In this document: piece after piece, positions 1 to 7,994 of the stretch
Numbering within the stretch: the first letter of the stretch is position 1
Layout: the number at the start of each line of letters is the position of its first letter
Assembly (NCBI GenBank): GCA_963668625.2
Contig: CAXXKA010000006.1
Coordinates: forward strand, 320,001 to 384,000
Direction of reading: 5' to 3'
Source: an uncultured candidate division Zixibacteria bacterium
Lineage (GTDB): Bacteria; Zixibacteria; MSB-5A5; UBA10806; 4484-95
DNA: 64,000 nt
Position numbers and translations under genes: made by a program
The notes under the pieces: model-generated
Databases searched by the model: none
Seen by the model: only the letters and a program-made list of their open reading frames with translations
Told to the model about the DNA's origin: nothing

Positions 1-246
1 TGGCGGGATTATATTCAGCCACAAGAAGATTTTGATGAAATAGTAAAAGTATTGGAATATTATGGATTTGAAATCAGGCCTGGTAAGGGAAGTCATTGGG
101 TTGTTAATCATAAAGATTTAGACCGGGAAAAATGCAAAGAATTAGGTGGGAGAAGTGAGTTTACCGTTCCCACAATAAAGGGTCGCAAAGTAATTAAAGT
201 GTATGTGAAAAGAATACAAAAATATATCGATCTATTGGAGAAATAA
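1..246 (+). CDS. hicA: HicA-family toxin (N-terminus truncated by window edge)
   Basis: Frame open from base 1 (..FDEIVKVLEYYGFEIRPGKGSHWVVNH..); GSH motif and TVP..VIKVYVK tail typical of HicA; directly upstream of hicB. Confidence 0.8.
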   Translation, partial: WRDYIQPQEDFDEIVKVLEYYGFEIRPGKGSHWVVNHKDLDREKCKELGGRSEFTVPTIKGRKVIKVYVKRIQKYIDLLEK

Positions 247-774
247 ATGAGTAGTCAATTAAAAGATTTAGCTAAATACATGGCATATAACTACCCAATA
301 GAGATACTGAAATTGGATGATAACGATGGCGGAGGTTACATTGCAGAAATCCCTTTTCTGGGCAAGGATGCTTTTACCGGACATGGTGAGACAGTCGAAG
401 AAGCATTAATAAGCTTGAATGAAATTAAAGAATTTTTATTTGAAGATTATCTTAAAAACGGCATAGAAATTCCTCCTCCGCCAAAAGATGAAAATTATAG
501 CGGGAAATTCGTTGTTCGTGTACCAAAATATTTACATCGTGCTCTTTCGGATAAAGCCAAAACTGATGGCGTTAGCTTGAATACCCTATGCGTTTCTCTA
601 TTAAGTCAAGGCTACGGTGTTGATGATATTAAAAAATATTTTGAGACAATGTGTATAGAAATGAGAGGAATAAAATCTAAAATTGAGCAATACGCTTTCT
701 CTGAAGATCTGATAGAACCGTTTCCTCGCAATGTAGCTTATTTCCCATCAAAGGATTTAAAAAATGCCTCGTAA
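247..774 (+). CDS. hicB: HicB-family antitoxin with RHH domain and C-terminal extension
   Basis: GGYIAEIPFL..GETVEEAL..IEIPPP HicB core; YSGKFVVRVPKYLHRAL..A..GVSLN RHH; extra ~55 aa tail. Confidence 0.85.
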   Translation: MSSQLKDLAKYMAYNYPIEILKLDDNDGGGYIAEIPFLGKDAFTGHGETVEEALISLNEIKEFLFEDYLKNGIEIPPPPKDENYSGKFVVRVPKYLHRALSDKAKTDGVSLNTLCVSLLSQGYGVDDIKKYFETMCIEMRGIKSKIEQYAFSEDLIEPFPRNVAYFPSKDLKNAS

Positions 775-1213
775 CTATGAATATAATATATCACCAGAAG
801 ATTATCAGGAAATCCTTAAGGATTTAGAAATTCGATCATTATCTCTTGTAGATTTGTCATATAGTTGTTTAAAGGATGAAGTTGAAAAGAATCCCGTAAA
901 GCTCGATTTAAAAACTGATGCGTCATTAAAAAAGCAAGCGGAAGGCATTGCTACTATTATATATAATTTCACTTTAACAGGTATGATTAAACAGAAATCA
1001 GCATTAAAGATAAGTGGCAAATATTTTGTTGAATTTAATACGGTAAGTGAAGTAACTAAAGAATTTCTGGAAGTATTTAAAGAGTATTCCTTAAGGCTCC
1101 TGATGACACCTTATTTGAGAGATTTATTTTATAATTTATCCATGCGTTCTGATTTACCTGGTATTGTACTCCCGTTAATGAAATTCTTCCCAACCGATAA
1201 AAAACTGGCATAA
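764..1213 (+). CDS. SecB-like chaperone
   Basis: 149 aa, overlaps the hicB stop; C-terminal PYLRDLFYNLSMRSDLPGIVLPLM resembles the SecB PY.R..i..lt...g.Pp..LP motif. Confidence 0.7.
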   Translation: MPRNYEYNISPEDYQEILKDLEIRSLSLVDLSYSCLKDEVEKNPVKLDLKTDASLKKQAEGIATIIYNFTLTGMIKQKSALKISGKYFVEFNTVSEVTKEFLEVFKEYSLRLLMTPYLRDLFYNLSMRSDLPGIVLPLMKFFPTDKKLA

Positions 1214-1242
1214 AAAAAGCGGAAGTTACCCCTCCGCCTTTT
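1212..1242. terminator. Likely bidirectional intrinsic terminator
   Basis: A-tract, GCGGA..TCCGC stem, T-tract between convergent genes. Confidence 0.55.
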
Positions 1243-1265
1243 GCGCATTGCCCTCCCTGGCGTTG

Positions 1266-1817
1266 CTAGAAATCTAATTTTACATTATCTGTCTTTTCAA
1301 ATAGGTATTGGCCAGCGCCTACGAATATCCTGAAACTGGTTGGCGATAATTGCTCGTATTCCGCGAAATAATCACGCTCGCCATTGGGTTGGAAATATAT
1401 ATCGGTTATCTGGAAATCATACTTACCTTTCTCGGTAATATCACCCTCGATATTGTCATTTATCATTATCCAGTATCGGTTATTGGTAAATTTTGCCATG
1501 GCTATTTTCGTATTGGCGCCTTTGAGTACTCCCAGGTATGTGCCATTGGGCCTTATGGGGTTCTGTGATGCTTTAGGCTCGTACTCCTCGGGCGCTACCA
1601 TTTTCATGACCTGTTTGTAGATATCTTCATCTGTCCCCAACTCTGGAGTGTCTTCCTGCATCAACTTGCTTACCTGTTCCTGTCGCTCGAATATGAATTT
1701 CTTTTGCTGTTCGATTTTAGGCTTAACCTTCTCGTAACCCTTGTCGGTAACATAAGTCCAGGCGAACATCAACAAAGCAAATGTTACCAGCGAGGATAAT
1801 ACTATTCTCATATTCAT
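1266..1817 (-). CDS. Hypothetical membrane-anchored protein
   Basis: 183 aa ORF, AGGAG RBS upstream, N-terminal hydrophobic segment. Confidence 0.6.
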   Translation of the reverse strand: MNMRIVLSSLVTFALLMFAWTYVTDKGYEKVKPKIEQQKKFIFERQEQVSKLMQEDTPELGTDEDIYKQVMKMVAPEEYEPKASQNPIRPNGTYLGVLKGANTKIAMAKFTNNRYWIMINDNIEGDITEKGKYDFQITDIYFQPNGERDYFAEYEQLSPTSFRIFVGAGQYLFEKTDNVKLDF

Positions 1818-2017
1818 ACGATCTCCTGACTGGTTTCTTTTACTTTGTATCGGTAATTGTCAAATTATTTTTAGGATTATATAGGATTATAAATGTTGGA
1901 TGTATCGAGGTTGACATGATATGAGTTTATAGCGTCCCATTGTTATATTATTCGGATACCGGGGAATATAATTCAATCGTGCGGCATCCAGGCTTCGAAA
2001 ATTAGGAGAGATGGGAA

Positions 2018-3598
2018 TTACATTCGCCTGAATACCGCTATATCGTAGTCATCTAAATCTATGCTCCATTGATCAAGATCGATACTGAACTTTATCGATT
2101 TGCTATTGTCATCGATAAAACCTGATTTAGGAGTAAATCCGTGAACATACTTTGCCAGCAAAGTATTAGTGTAATAATCGTATAATCCTATTTCGCCTTT
2201 ATCGAAACATATACCATAATGAATATCGCTCGAATAATTATTACCGGTTTGCTGTTCGTACTGCCAGCTTGAGTATTTTGGCTCGTGTGTATCATCCAAT
2301 TCTCCAATCAGGAGAATCCCTTTATCGCCTTCGGAGTTCGATTGAGTAATAAAATGGGAAGTCAGCGAATCCTCTATAATAGTGACTGTGAATTCCTCGC
2401 ACAAGTATCTATATTCGGAGTTATGTTTTCCTGATGGTTGATTGACCAAAACACCGCAACTGAGATTTGCTTCAGCGCAGTTATCATAAATGCGCGATAT
2501 ATCCTCCCAGCTTGCGTTGCAGATTTTGCATATTATCTTTTGAATATCTTCCGGCGAAAGGTTTGTAACATAACTTTCATCTCCGGATAGCCGCTGGTAT
2601 ATTTGCCGGAATGTATCGAATCCGTAATTTTCGATGATAGCCTCAACCAACAGCGCGCTTGAGGCATACGCGCCATCCACGCCGACCGAACAGGTGTAGA
2701 AACCGTTTACACTCAGGATACTGTCGATATCGATCAAATCCAGATTGTTCATCGCTGCGCCCCAATATTTTATCACAGCAGGCGATTTGCCCCATCTCCC
2801 GCCGAGACAGCAAGCTAAACCCTCTTGCACCAGGGGCAGTGTAAATAACGGAATTTCCTCTAAAGCGTAGTTTATTAATAGATGAGTTATTTCATGCGGG
2901 TGAGGCAGGTGACGGGTTATGATAGCATCGAAAGGAAAGCTGGTCATCCCGTGCGCGTCATGGCCGGTAAGTAATTTCATCTGATCTTGGTCGCACAGGT
3001 AATATTCGATCTTTCTTTCCGCCAAATATTCCATTTTTTCATCGGATATATCGAAAACCTCAGCCAGAGAATCGGTGTAATTATCAATAGCCTCGATGGC
3101 ATAGCTGTTTATCAGAGTGGAATCGGAGAAGATGATTTTGTAATACTGGGATTCTATAGTGTACCAACCTTTGGTAAAAAGATAGAGCGGCGAGCACAAC
3201 CGCCATCGTCCGTTTTCCTTCGTCAAGTAATAATTACTAACGATGGAATCACCATTAGAACAGATAGTGCTAATTGAGCCATGTGCAGTAACCGAATCTA
3301 ATATATCGGAGCTTATACGATGGTTCCATGAGTCGGTCGATAGATATTTCTTACCATATACATGCGGCGAGGCACAATCTATTTTTAAACTAACTCCCTC
3401 AAATGTTATCCCCAGGCTCTTAGATCTGGCAATATCGGTTTCTACCCATACGGATTCAGGAGGCATAATCTGGTTATCATGTAAAGCAATAAGATATCGA
3501 TGCAATAAATCATCAGGGGAGTTTTGAGCTATGGTTGGAGTGCTTGAAGATGCCAGTGTAATAAATATTGATATAATGACGTTTTTTAATATCTTCAT
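2018..3598 (-). CDS. Secreted putative zinc metallopeptidase (gluzincin-like)
   Basis: Signal peptide; HEITH motif followed ~20 aa later by QEGLA. Confidence 0.55.
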   Translation of the reverse strand: MKILKNVIISIFITLASSSTPTIAQNSPDDLLHRYLIALHDNQIMPPESVWVETDIARSKSLGITFEGVSLKIDCASPHVYGKKYLSTDSWNHRISSDILDSVTAHGSISTICSNGDSIVSNYYLTKENGRWRLCSPLYLFTKGWYTIESQYYKIIFSDSTLINSYAIEAIDNYTDSLAEVFDISDEKMEYLAERKIEYYLCDQDQMKLLTGHDAHGMTSFPFDAIITRHLPHPHEITHLLINYALEEIPLFTLPLVQEGLACCLGGRWGKSPAVIKYWGAAMNNLDLIDIDSILSVNGFYTCSVGVDGAYASSALLVEAIIENYGFDTFRQIYQRLSGDESYVTNLSPEDIQKIICKICNASWEDISRIYDNCAEANLSCGVLVNQPSGKHNSEYRYLCEEFTVTIIEDSLTSHFITQSNSEGDKGILLIGELDDTHEPKYSSWQYEQQTGNNYSSDIHYGICFDKGEIGLYDYYTNTLLAKYVHGFTPKSGFIDDNSKSIKFSIDLDQWSIDLDDYDIAVFRRM

Positions 3599-3745
3599 TT
3601 AATTAACGATTGCCATAAATATAATATCATTATATCTTTTTTACCGGCTTTGATAAATTTGGTTCCCACCGTTTCGCCACTATGTTCGGAACCGGTTATA
3701 ATAATCAAACGTTGTTTTTAAAGCCACTGACAGTGAGGAGATAAT

Positions 3746-4660
3746 ATGCGTGTCGAAAATATACTTGATGCAATCGGCAGAACGCCGCTGGTAAAACTTA
3801 ATCGACTGGTCAAACCCGGTTCAGCCTCGGTCTGGGGAAAGCTCGAAAGTATGAATCCCGGACATTCGGTAAAAGATCGTATTGCTTTTTCCATGGTCAA
3901 AACCGCCGAGGACAATGGCACATTAAAACCGGGTATGACAATAGTCGAACCGACCTCAGGCAACACTGGTATCGGCCTGGCTATGGTGGGAGCGGCTAAA
4001 GGCTATAAGGTGATTTTGACCATGCCGGAAACCGCCTCTGTCGAACGCCGCAACCTCATGAAACTGCTCGGAGCGGAACTCATATTGACTCCGGGGAATG
4101 ATGGTATGAAAGGCGCGATTGCCAGAGCCGAGCAACTGGTAAACGAGCACGGTTATTTTCAGCCGATGCAGTTTTCCAATCCGGCTAATCCCGAAATTCA
4201 CCGCCTGACGACCGCCAAGGAGATTATCCAGGATTTGGACGAGCTCAATCTCGATGCTTTCGTGGCCGGGGTCGGTACGGGAGGCACGATAAGCGGCTGC
4301 GGTGAGGTTCTAAAAGGCGTGTATAGCTGCAAGGTTTATGCTGTCGAGCCGGCGGATTCGCCGGTGCTTTCGGGCGGGCAGCCGGGTAAACATCCCATAC
4401 AGGGCATAGGCGCCGGTTTCATACCCGAAAATTATAATGAAAGCTTCGTTGATGATATTATCCCGATAGATAAAGATGATGCCATAAAAACCGCTCGTGA
4501 GCTTGCCCGTAAAGAGGGCATTCTTGCCGGTATATCAGCGGGGGCAAATGTCCGGGCCGCTCTGCAGGTGGCGGATAAACTGGGCGAGGGCAGTAACGTT
4601 GTCACCATCATTTGCGATACCGGCGAACGCTACTTATCCACAGCCTTAATCGAAAATTGA
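3746..4660 (+). CDS. cysK: Cysteine synthase A
   Basis: NPGHSVKDRIA PLP lysine, EPTSGNTGIGLA, GVGTGGT, IQGIGAGF. Confidence 0.95.
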   Translation: MRVENILDAIGRTPLVKLNRLVKPGSASVWGKLESMNPGHSVKDRIAFSMVKTAEDNGTLKPGMTIVEPTSGNTGIGLAMVGAAKGYKVILTMPETASVERRNLMKLLGAELILTPGNDGMKGAIARAEQLVNEHGYFQPMQFSNPANPEIHRLTTAKEIIQDLDELNLDAFVAGVGTGGTISGCGEVLKGVYSCKVYAVEPADSPVLSGGQPGKHPIQGIGAGFIPENYNESFVDDIIPIDKDDAIKTARELARKEGILAGISAGANVRAALQVADKLGEGSNVVTIICDTGERYLSTALIEN

Positions 4661-4699
4661 GGTTAACCAAAAACTACATTAACCGATCTATTTACAAGT

Positions 4700-5281
4700 A
4701 TGTTTAAGATTTATGATGATATCAAAGCGATCTATAAGAATGATCCCGCCGCGCAAAATATAGAATTTCTGCTGTATCCGAGTTTTCATGCGATTTTCTT
4801 TCATCGCTTCATTCACTGGATGTGGAAAACTCATGTGCCGTTTTTCCCGCGCTTGTTCTCGCAGTTAACACGATTTTTTACCGGCCTGGAAATTCATCCC
4901 GGGGCAACTATCGGCCGCGGCTTTTTCGTGGACCATGGCGCCGGTGTGGTTATCGGCGAGACAACGATTATCGGCGATAACTGTGTGCTTTTTCATAATG
5001 TGACATTGGGCGGAACCGGGAAACATCAGGGCAAAAGACACCCTACTATAGGAAATAAAGTTCTGATTGGCACCGGCGCTACATTATTGGGGCCGCTAAC
5101 GGTCGGAGATAATGTCAAAATCGGCGCCGGCAGTTTCATATTCATGCATGATGTTCCCGACAACTGCACTGTTGCCGGAGCGCCCGCGCGCATAGTCAAA
5201 CGGAATGGCAAGCGTGTCGATCAGCCGTTGCCGGAGACCAAAGTTGACCGGGCTCAGTTCGAGAATAACTCGGAACATTAA
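4700..5281 (+). CDS. cysE: Serine O-acetyltransferase
   Basis: DPAA, EIHPGATIG..FVDHGAGVVIGET, VTLGGTGK..KRHPTIG; next to cysK. Confidence 0.93.
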   Translation: MFKIYDDIKAIYKNDPAAQNIEFLLYPSFHAIFFHRFIHWMWKTHVPFFPRLFSQLTRFFTGLEIHPGATIGRGFFVDHGAGVVIGETTIIGDNCVLFHNVTLGGTGKHQGKRHPTIGNKVLIGTGATLLGPLTVGDNVKIGAGSFIFMHDVPDNCTVAGAPARIVKRNGKRVDQPLPETKVDRAQFENNSEH

Positions 5282-5429
5282 TCGAAGTCATTGTAAATAT
5301 GTATATTCATCAGTTTTGAGGGAACGATATCATCGGGATATTCTCTCGATTATTAAAGTCTCTTGACAAATCAATCGATTCAATAATACAAAACGGTTAA
5401 TTAAAAATAATTAGCGAAATGTATTTATC

Positions 5430-6515
5430 ATGACATACGACCGCTCTAAACCATATAACGATTTACCGCTCCTGCCACCGAGGGCCGAGATCGAAACGAA
5501 AGCCGTTCTCAAAAAGTGTATTGATGCCAACAAGGCCCTGGCCGAGTTGAAAGGCGCCGGCGATTTGATACCCAACCAGGCGATTTTGATTAACGCTATC
5601 CCTCTTCAAGAGGCGAAAATGAGTTCGGAGATCGAGAATATCGTGACCACCCAGGATGAACTATTCCGGGCGGCTATGGGGGATTCCTCCAGCGTTAACC
5701 CGGCCACTAAAGAGGTTGTCCGCTACAGAACCGCCTTGCGCTATGGTTTCGAGCAGGTTATGACCGGTGAACTGACCATGGAACTGTTGGTGAAACTCTG
5801 CGGGATTATCCGTAACGAGGAGGACATGACCATCCGCAATAACGAGGCGATTATCATACAGAACAGCGCTACCGGCGAGACTATATACACACCTCCACGA
5901 GGATTCGAGATCATACAATCGAAACTTCAGAACCTGGTTGAGTTTTTGGCTATGCAAGATCAACTCGATCCGTTGACCAAAATGGCAGTATCGCATTATC
6001 AATTCGAGGCAATTCACCCGTTTGAGGACGGCAATGGCCGAACCGGGAGAATCCTCAATATATTGTATCTTCTACAAGAAAAGATGTTGAACCTGCCTGT
6101 TCTGTACTTGAGTCGATTTATAATAGAGAATAAACAGGATTATTATAAGAAAATCCGGGCCGTAACCGAATCGGGGCAATGGGAGGACTGGATACTATAT
6201 ATATTGTCAGGTGTCGAACAAACCGCAAAGTGGACAACTGGCCGAATTAACGCCATTCGAGAGTTATTCGAGGCCACGGTCGAATATTGCCGTCAGTACT
6301 TGCCTTCTAATGTCTATTCCAAAGAGTTGATTGAACTTATATATGCCCAACCATATTGTAAAATCAAGTTCCTGGTAGATAAAGGCATAGCCAAACGCCA
6401 GGCGGCCTCGGAATACCTCAAGGAATTCGAGAAAATCGGCGTATTGAAAGGCGAAAAAAGGGGGCGAGAGGTTATCTATAAGTATCCCAAGCTGTTAGAG
6501 GTTTTGAACAAGTAA
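5430..6515 (+). CDS. Fic family protein adenylyltransferase (SoFic-like, C-terminal HTH)
   Basis: HPFEDGNGRTGR Fic motif; SSEIEN inhibitory helix. Confidence 0.92.
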   Translation: MTYDRSKPYNDLPLLPPRAEIETKAVLKKCIDANKALAELKGAGDLIPNQAILINAIPLQEAKMSSEIENIVTTQDELFRAAMGDSSSVNPATKEVVRYRTALRYGFEQVMTGELTMELLVKLCGIIRNEEDMTIRNNEAIIIQNSATGETIYTPPRGFEIIQSKLQNLVEFLAMQDQLDPLTKMAVSHYQFEAIHPFEDGNGRTGRILNILYLLQEKMLNLPVLYLSRFIIENKQDYYKKIRAVTESGQWEDWILYILSGVEQTAKWTTGRINAIRELFEATVEYCRQYLPSNVYSKELIELIYAQPYCKIKFLVDKGIAKRQAASEYLKEFEKIGVLKGEKRGREVIYKYPKLLEVLNK

Positions 6516-6525
6516 TAAATTTGCC

Positions 6526-6731
6526 ATCGACATATATTTGTAATATGTCGATATTTTGAGTAATTATCGACATGTTATAGCGATATACCATTTCATCGAC
6601 ATGTTTTTGAGATATGTCGATAAAACTTCCACAGATCGACATATCTTGTAGAAATATACATTTCATCGACATATTTATATGACATGTCTATATATATATT
6701 CTTAATCGACATGATTTCATAATGTGTCGAA
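6526..6731. repeat. Phased array of ATCGACAT direct and inverted octamers
   Basis: ATCGACAT at 6526, 6566, 6595, 6635, 6665, 6705; inverted copies at 6545, 6614, 6684 (variant), 6724 (variant). Confidence 0.8.
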
Positions 6732-6796
6732 AAAGAAGTGTGATATTCTTTTATCACTTTACCGAATATACATTTGAATGTATTTTCATTTTCTAT

Positions 6797-6840
6797 GCGG
6801 GAGTAGCTCAGTTGGTAGAGCACCCATCTGGGTTGTCGTG
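6797..6840 (+). pseudogene. Truncated tRNA-Gly mimic, copy 1
   Basis: First 26 nt identical to the tRNA-Gly at 7913; anticodon arm replaced by CCCATCTGGG; then TTGTCG as in the tRNA. Confidence 0.8.
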
Positions 6841-6857
6841 GACAATACTTAACTTGT

Positions 6858-7145
6858 ATGTTATATTATACTTACGTTTTATATAGTCTAAAAGATGGTA
6901 AATTATATATAGGCTCTACCTCAGATATTCTCAGGCGTATATCCGACCATAATCGAGGCAAGGTGAAATCTACCCGATACAGAGTGCCTTTTAATCTAGT
7001 GCATTATGAATCATTTGACTCTAAATCCGCATCACTAGCTAGAGAGCGAGAGTTAAAAAGTATCAAGATGCGTGATTTTAAGCGGGAACTGCGCAGTCAG
7101 GGCAAATTCGGTCAATTTTTATCACTTGACGATTTAACTAATTAA
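6858..7145 (+). CDS. Small GIY-YIG nuclease, copy 1
   Basis: YYTYVLYS..LYIGST.DI.RR..HN.G..ST..P..LV.YE.F..A..RE..LK. Confidence 0.9.
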   Translation: MLYYTYVLYSLKDGKLYIGSTSDILRRISDHNRGKVKSTRYRVPFNLVHYESFDSKSASLARERELKSIKMRDFKRELRSQGKFGQFLSLDDLTN

Positions 7146-7164
7146 GTGTATTTTTATTTTCTAT

Positions 7165-7208
7165 GCGGTAGTAGCTCAGTTGGTAGAGCACCCATCTGGG
7201 TTGTCGTG
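7165..7208 (+). pseudogene. Truncated tRNA-Gly mimic, copy 2
   Basis: As copy 1 with one change (GCGGTAG). Confidence 0.8.
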
Positions 7209-7225
7209 GACAATACTTAACTTGT

Positions 7226-7513
7226 ATGTTATATTATACTTACGTTTTATATAGTCTAAAAGATGGTAAATTATATATAGGCTCTACCTCAGATATTCTC
7301 AGGCGTATATCCGACCATAATCGAGGCAAGGTGAAATCTACCCGATACAGAGTGCCTTTAAATCTAGTGTATTATGAATCATTTGACTCTAAATCCGCAT
7401 CACTAAATAGAGAGCGAGAGTTAAAAAGTATCAAGATGCGTGATTTTAAGCGGGAACTGCGCAGTCAGGGCAAATTCGGTCAATTTTTATCACTTGACGA
7501 TTTAACTAATTAA
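7226..7513 (+). CDS. Small GIY-YIG nuclease, copy 2
   Basis: 3 aa differences from copy 1. Confidence 0.9.
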   Translation: MLYYTYVLYSLKDGKLYIGSTSDILRRISDHNRGKVKSTRYRVPLNLVYYESFDSKSASLNRERELKSIKMRDFKRELRSQGKFGQFLSLDDLTN

Positions 7514-7532
7514 GTGTATTTTCATTTTCTAT

Positions 7533-7576
7533 GCGGGAGTAGCTCAGTTGGTAGAGCACCCATCTGGGTTGTCGCG
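7533..7576 (+). pseudogene. Truncated tRNA-Gly mimic, copy 3
   Basis: As copy 1; TTGTCGCG matches the tRNA variable loop and T-stem start exactly. Confidence 0.8.
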
Positions 7577-7593
7577 GACAATACTTAACTTGT

Positions 7594-7893
7594 ATGTTAT
7601 ATTATACTTATGTTTTATATAGTCTAAAAGATGGTAAATTATATATAGGCTCTACCTCAGATATTCTCAGGCGTATATCCGATCATAATCGAGGCAAGGT
7701 AAAATCTACCCGATACAGAGTGCCTTTTAATCTAGTGCATTATGAATCATTTGACTCAAAATCCGCATCACTAGCTAGAGAGCGAGAGAGTAAGCAAGAG
7801 TTAAAAAGTATCAAGATGCGTGATTTTAAGCGGGAACTGCGCAGTCAGGGCAAATTCGGTCAATTTTTATCACTTGACGATTTAACTAATTAA
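7594..7893 (+). CDS. Small GIY-YIG nuclease, copy 3 (4-aa insertion)
   Basis: Protein identical to copy 1 except an in-frame SKQE insertion. Confidence 0.9.
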   Translation: MLYYTYVLYSLKDGKLYIGSTSDILRRISDHNRGKVKSTRYRVPFNLVHYESFDSKSASLARERESKQELKSIKMRDFKRELRSQGKFGQFLSLDDLTN

Positions 7894-7902
7894 GTGTATT
7901 TT
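7874..7902 (+). promoter_or_regulatory. Sigma70-type promoter of tRNA-Gly (repeated in each unit)
   Basis: TTGACG-17 bp-TATTTT; the -35 lies inside the 3' end of the GIY-YIG ORF. Confidence 0.65.
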
Positions 7903-7912
7903 TATTTTCTAT

Positions 7913-7985
7913 GCGGGAGTAGCTCAGTTGGTAGAGCAGTAGCCTTCCAAGCTACTTGTCGCGAGTTCGAACCTCGTCTCCCGCT
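7913..7985 (+). tRNA. tRNA-Gly(TCC)
   Basis: GCGGGAG/CTCCCGC acceptor, GTAGC-CTTCCAA-GCTAC anticodon arm, GTTCGAA T-loop; CCA not encoded. Confidence 0.95.
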
Positions 7986-7994
7986 TTGTTATCC

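Larger units (their letters stand above)
6797..7912 (+). repeat. Tandem repeat of three units (368, 368, 380 bp): tRNA-Gly 5' mimic + GIY-YIG gene + promoter
   Basis: Units start at 6797, 7165, 7533 and are near-identical; the intact tRNA starts at 7913. Confidence 0.95.

Noticed and set aside
6526-6731. CRISPR array
   Set aside because: Repeats are only 8 bp, in both orientations, with no cas genes in the window.
6472-6823. Minus-strand ORFs with repeated IDIS..VD peptides
   Set aside because: Peptide repeats are a by-product of the ATCGACAT DNA motif; one ORF starts within the tRNA mimic.
6823-7938. Group I intron with homing endonuclease inside tRNA-Gly
   Set aside because: Units have only ~80 nt non-coding sequence, no ribozyme core is visible, and the final tRNA is already intact.
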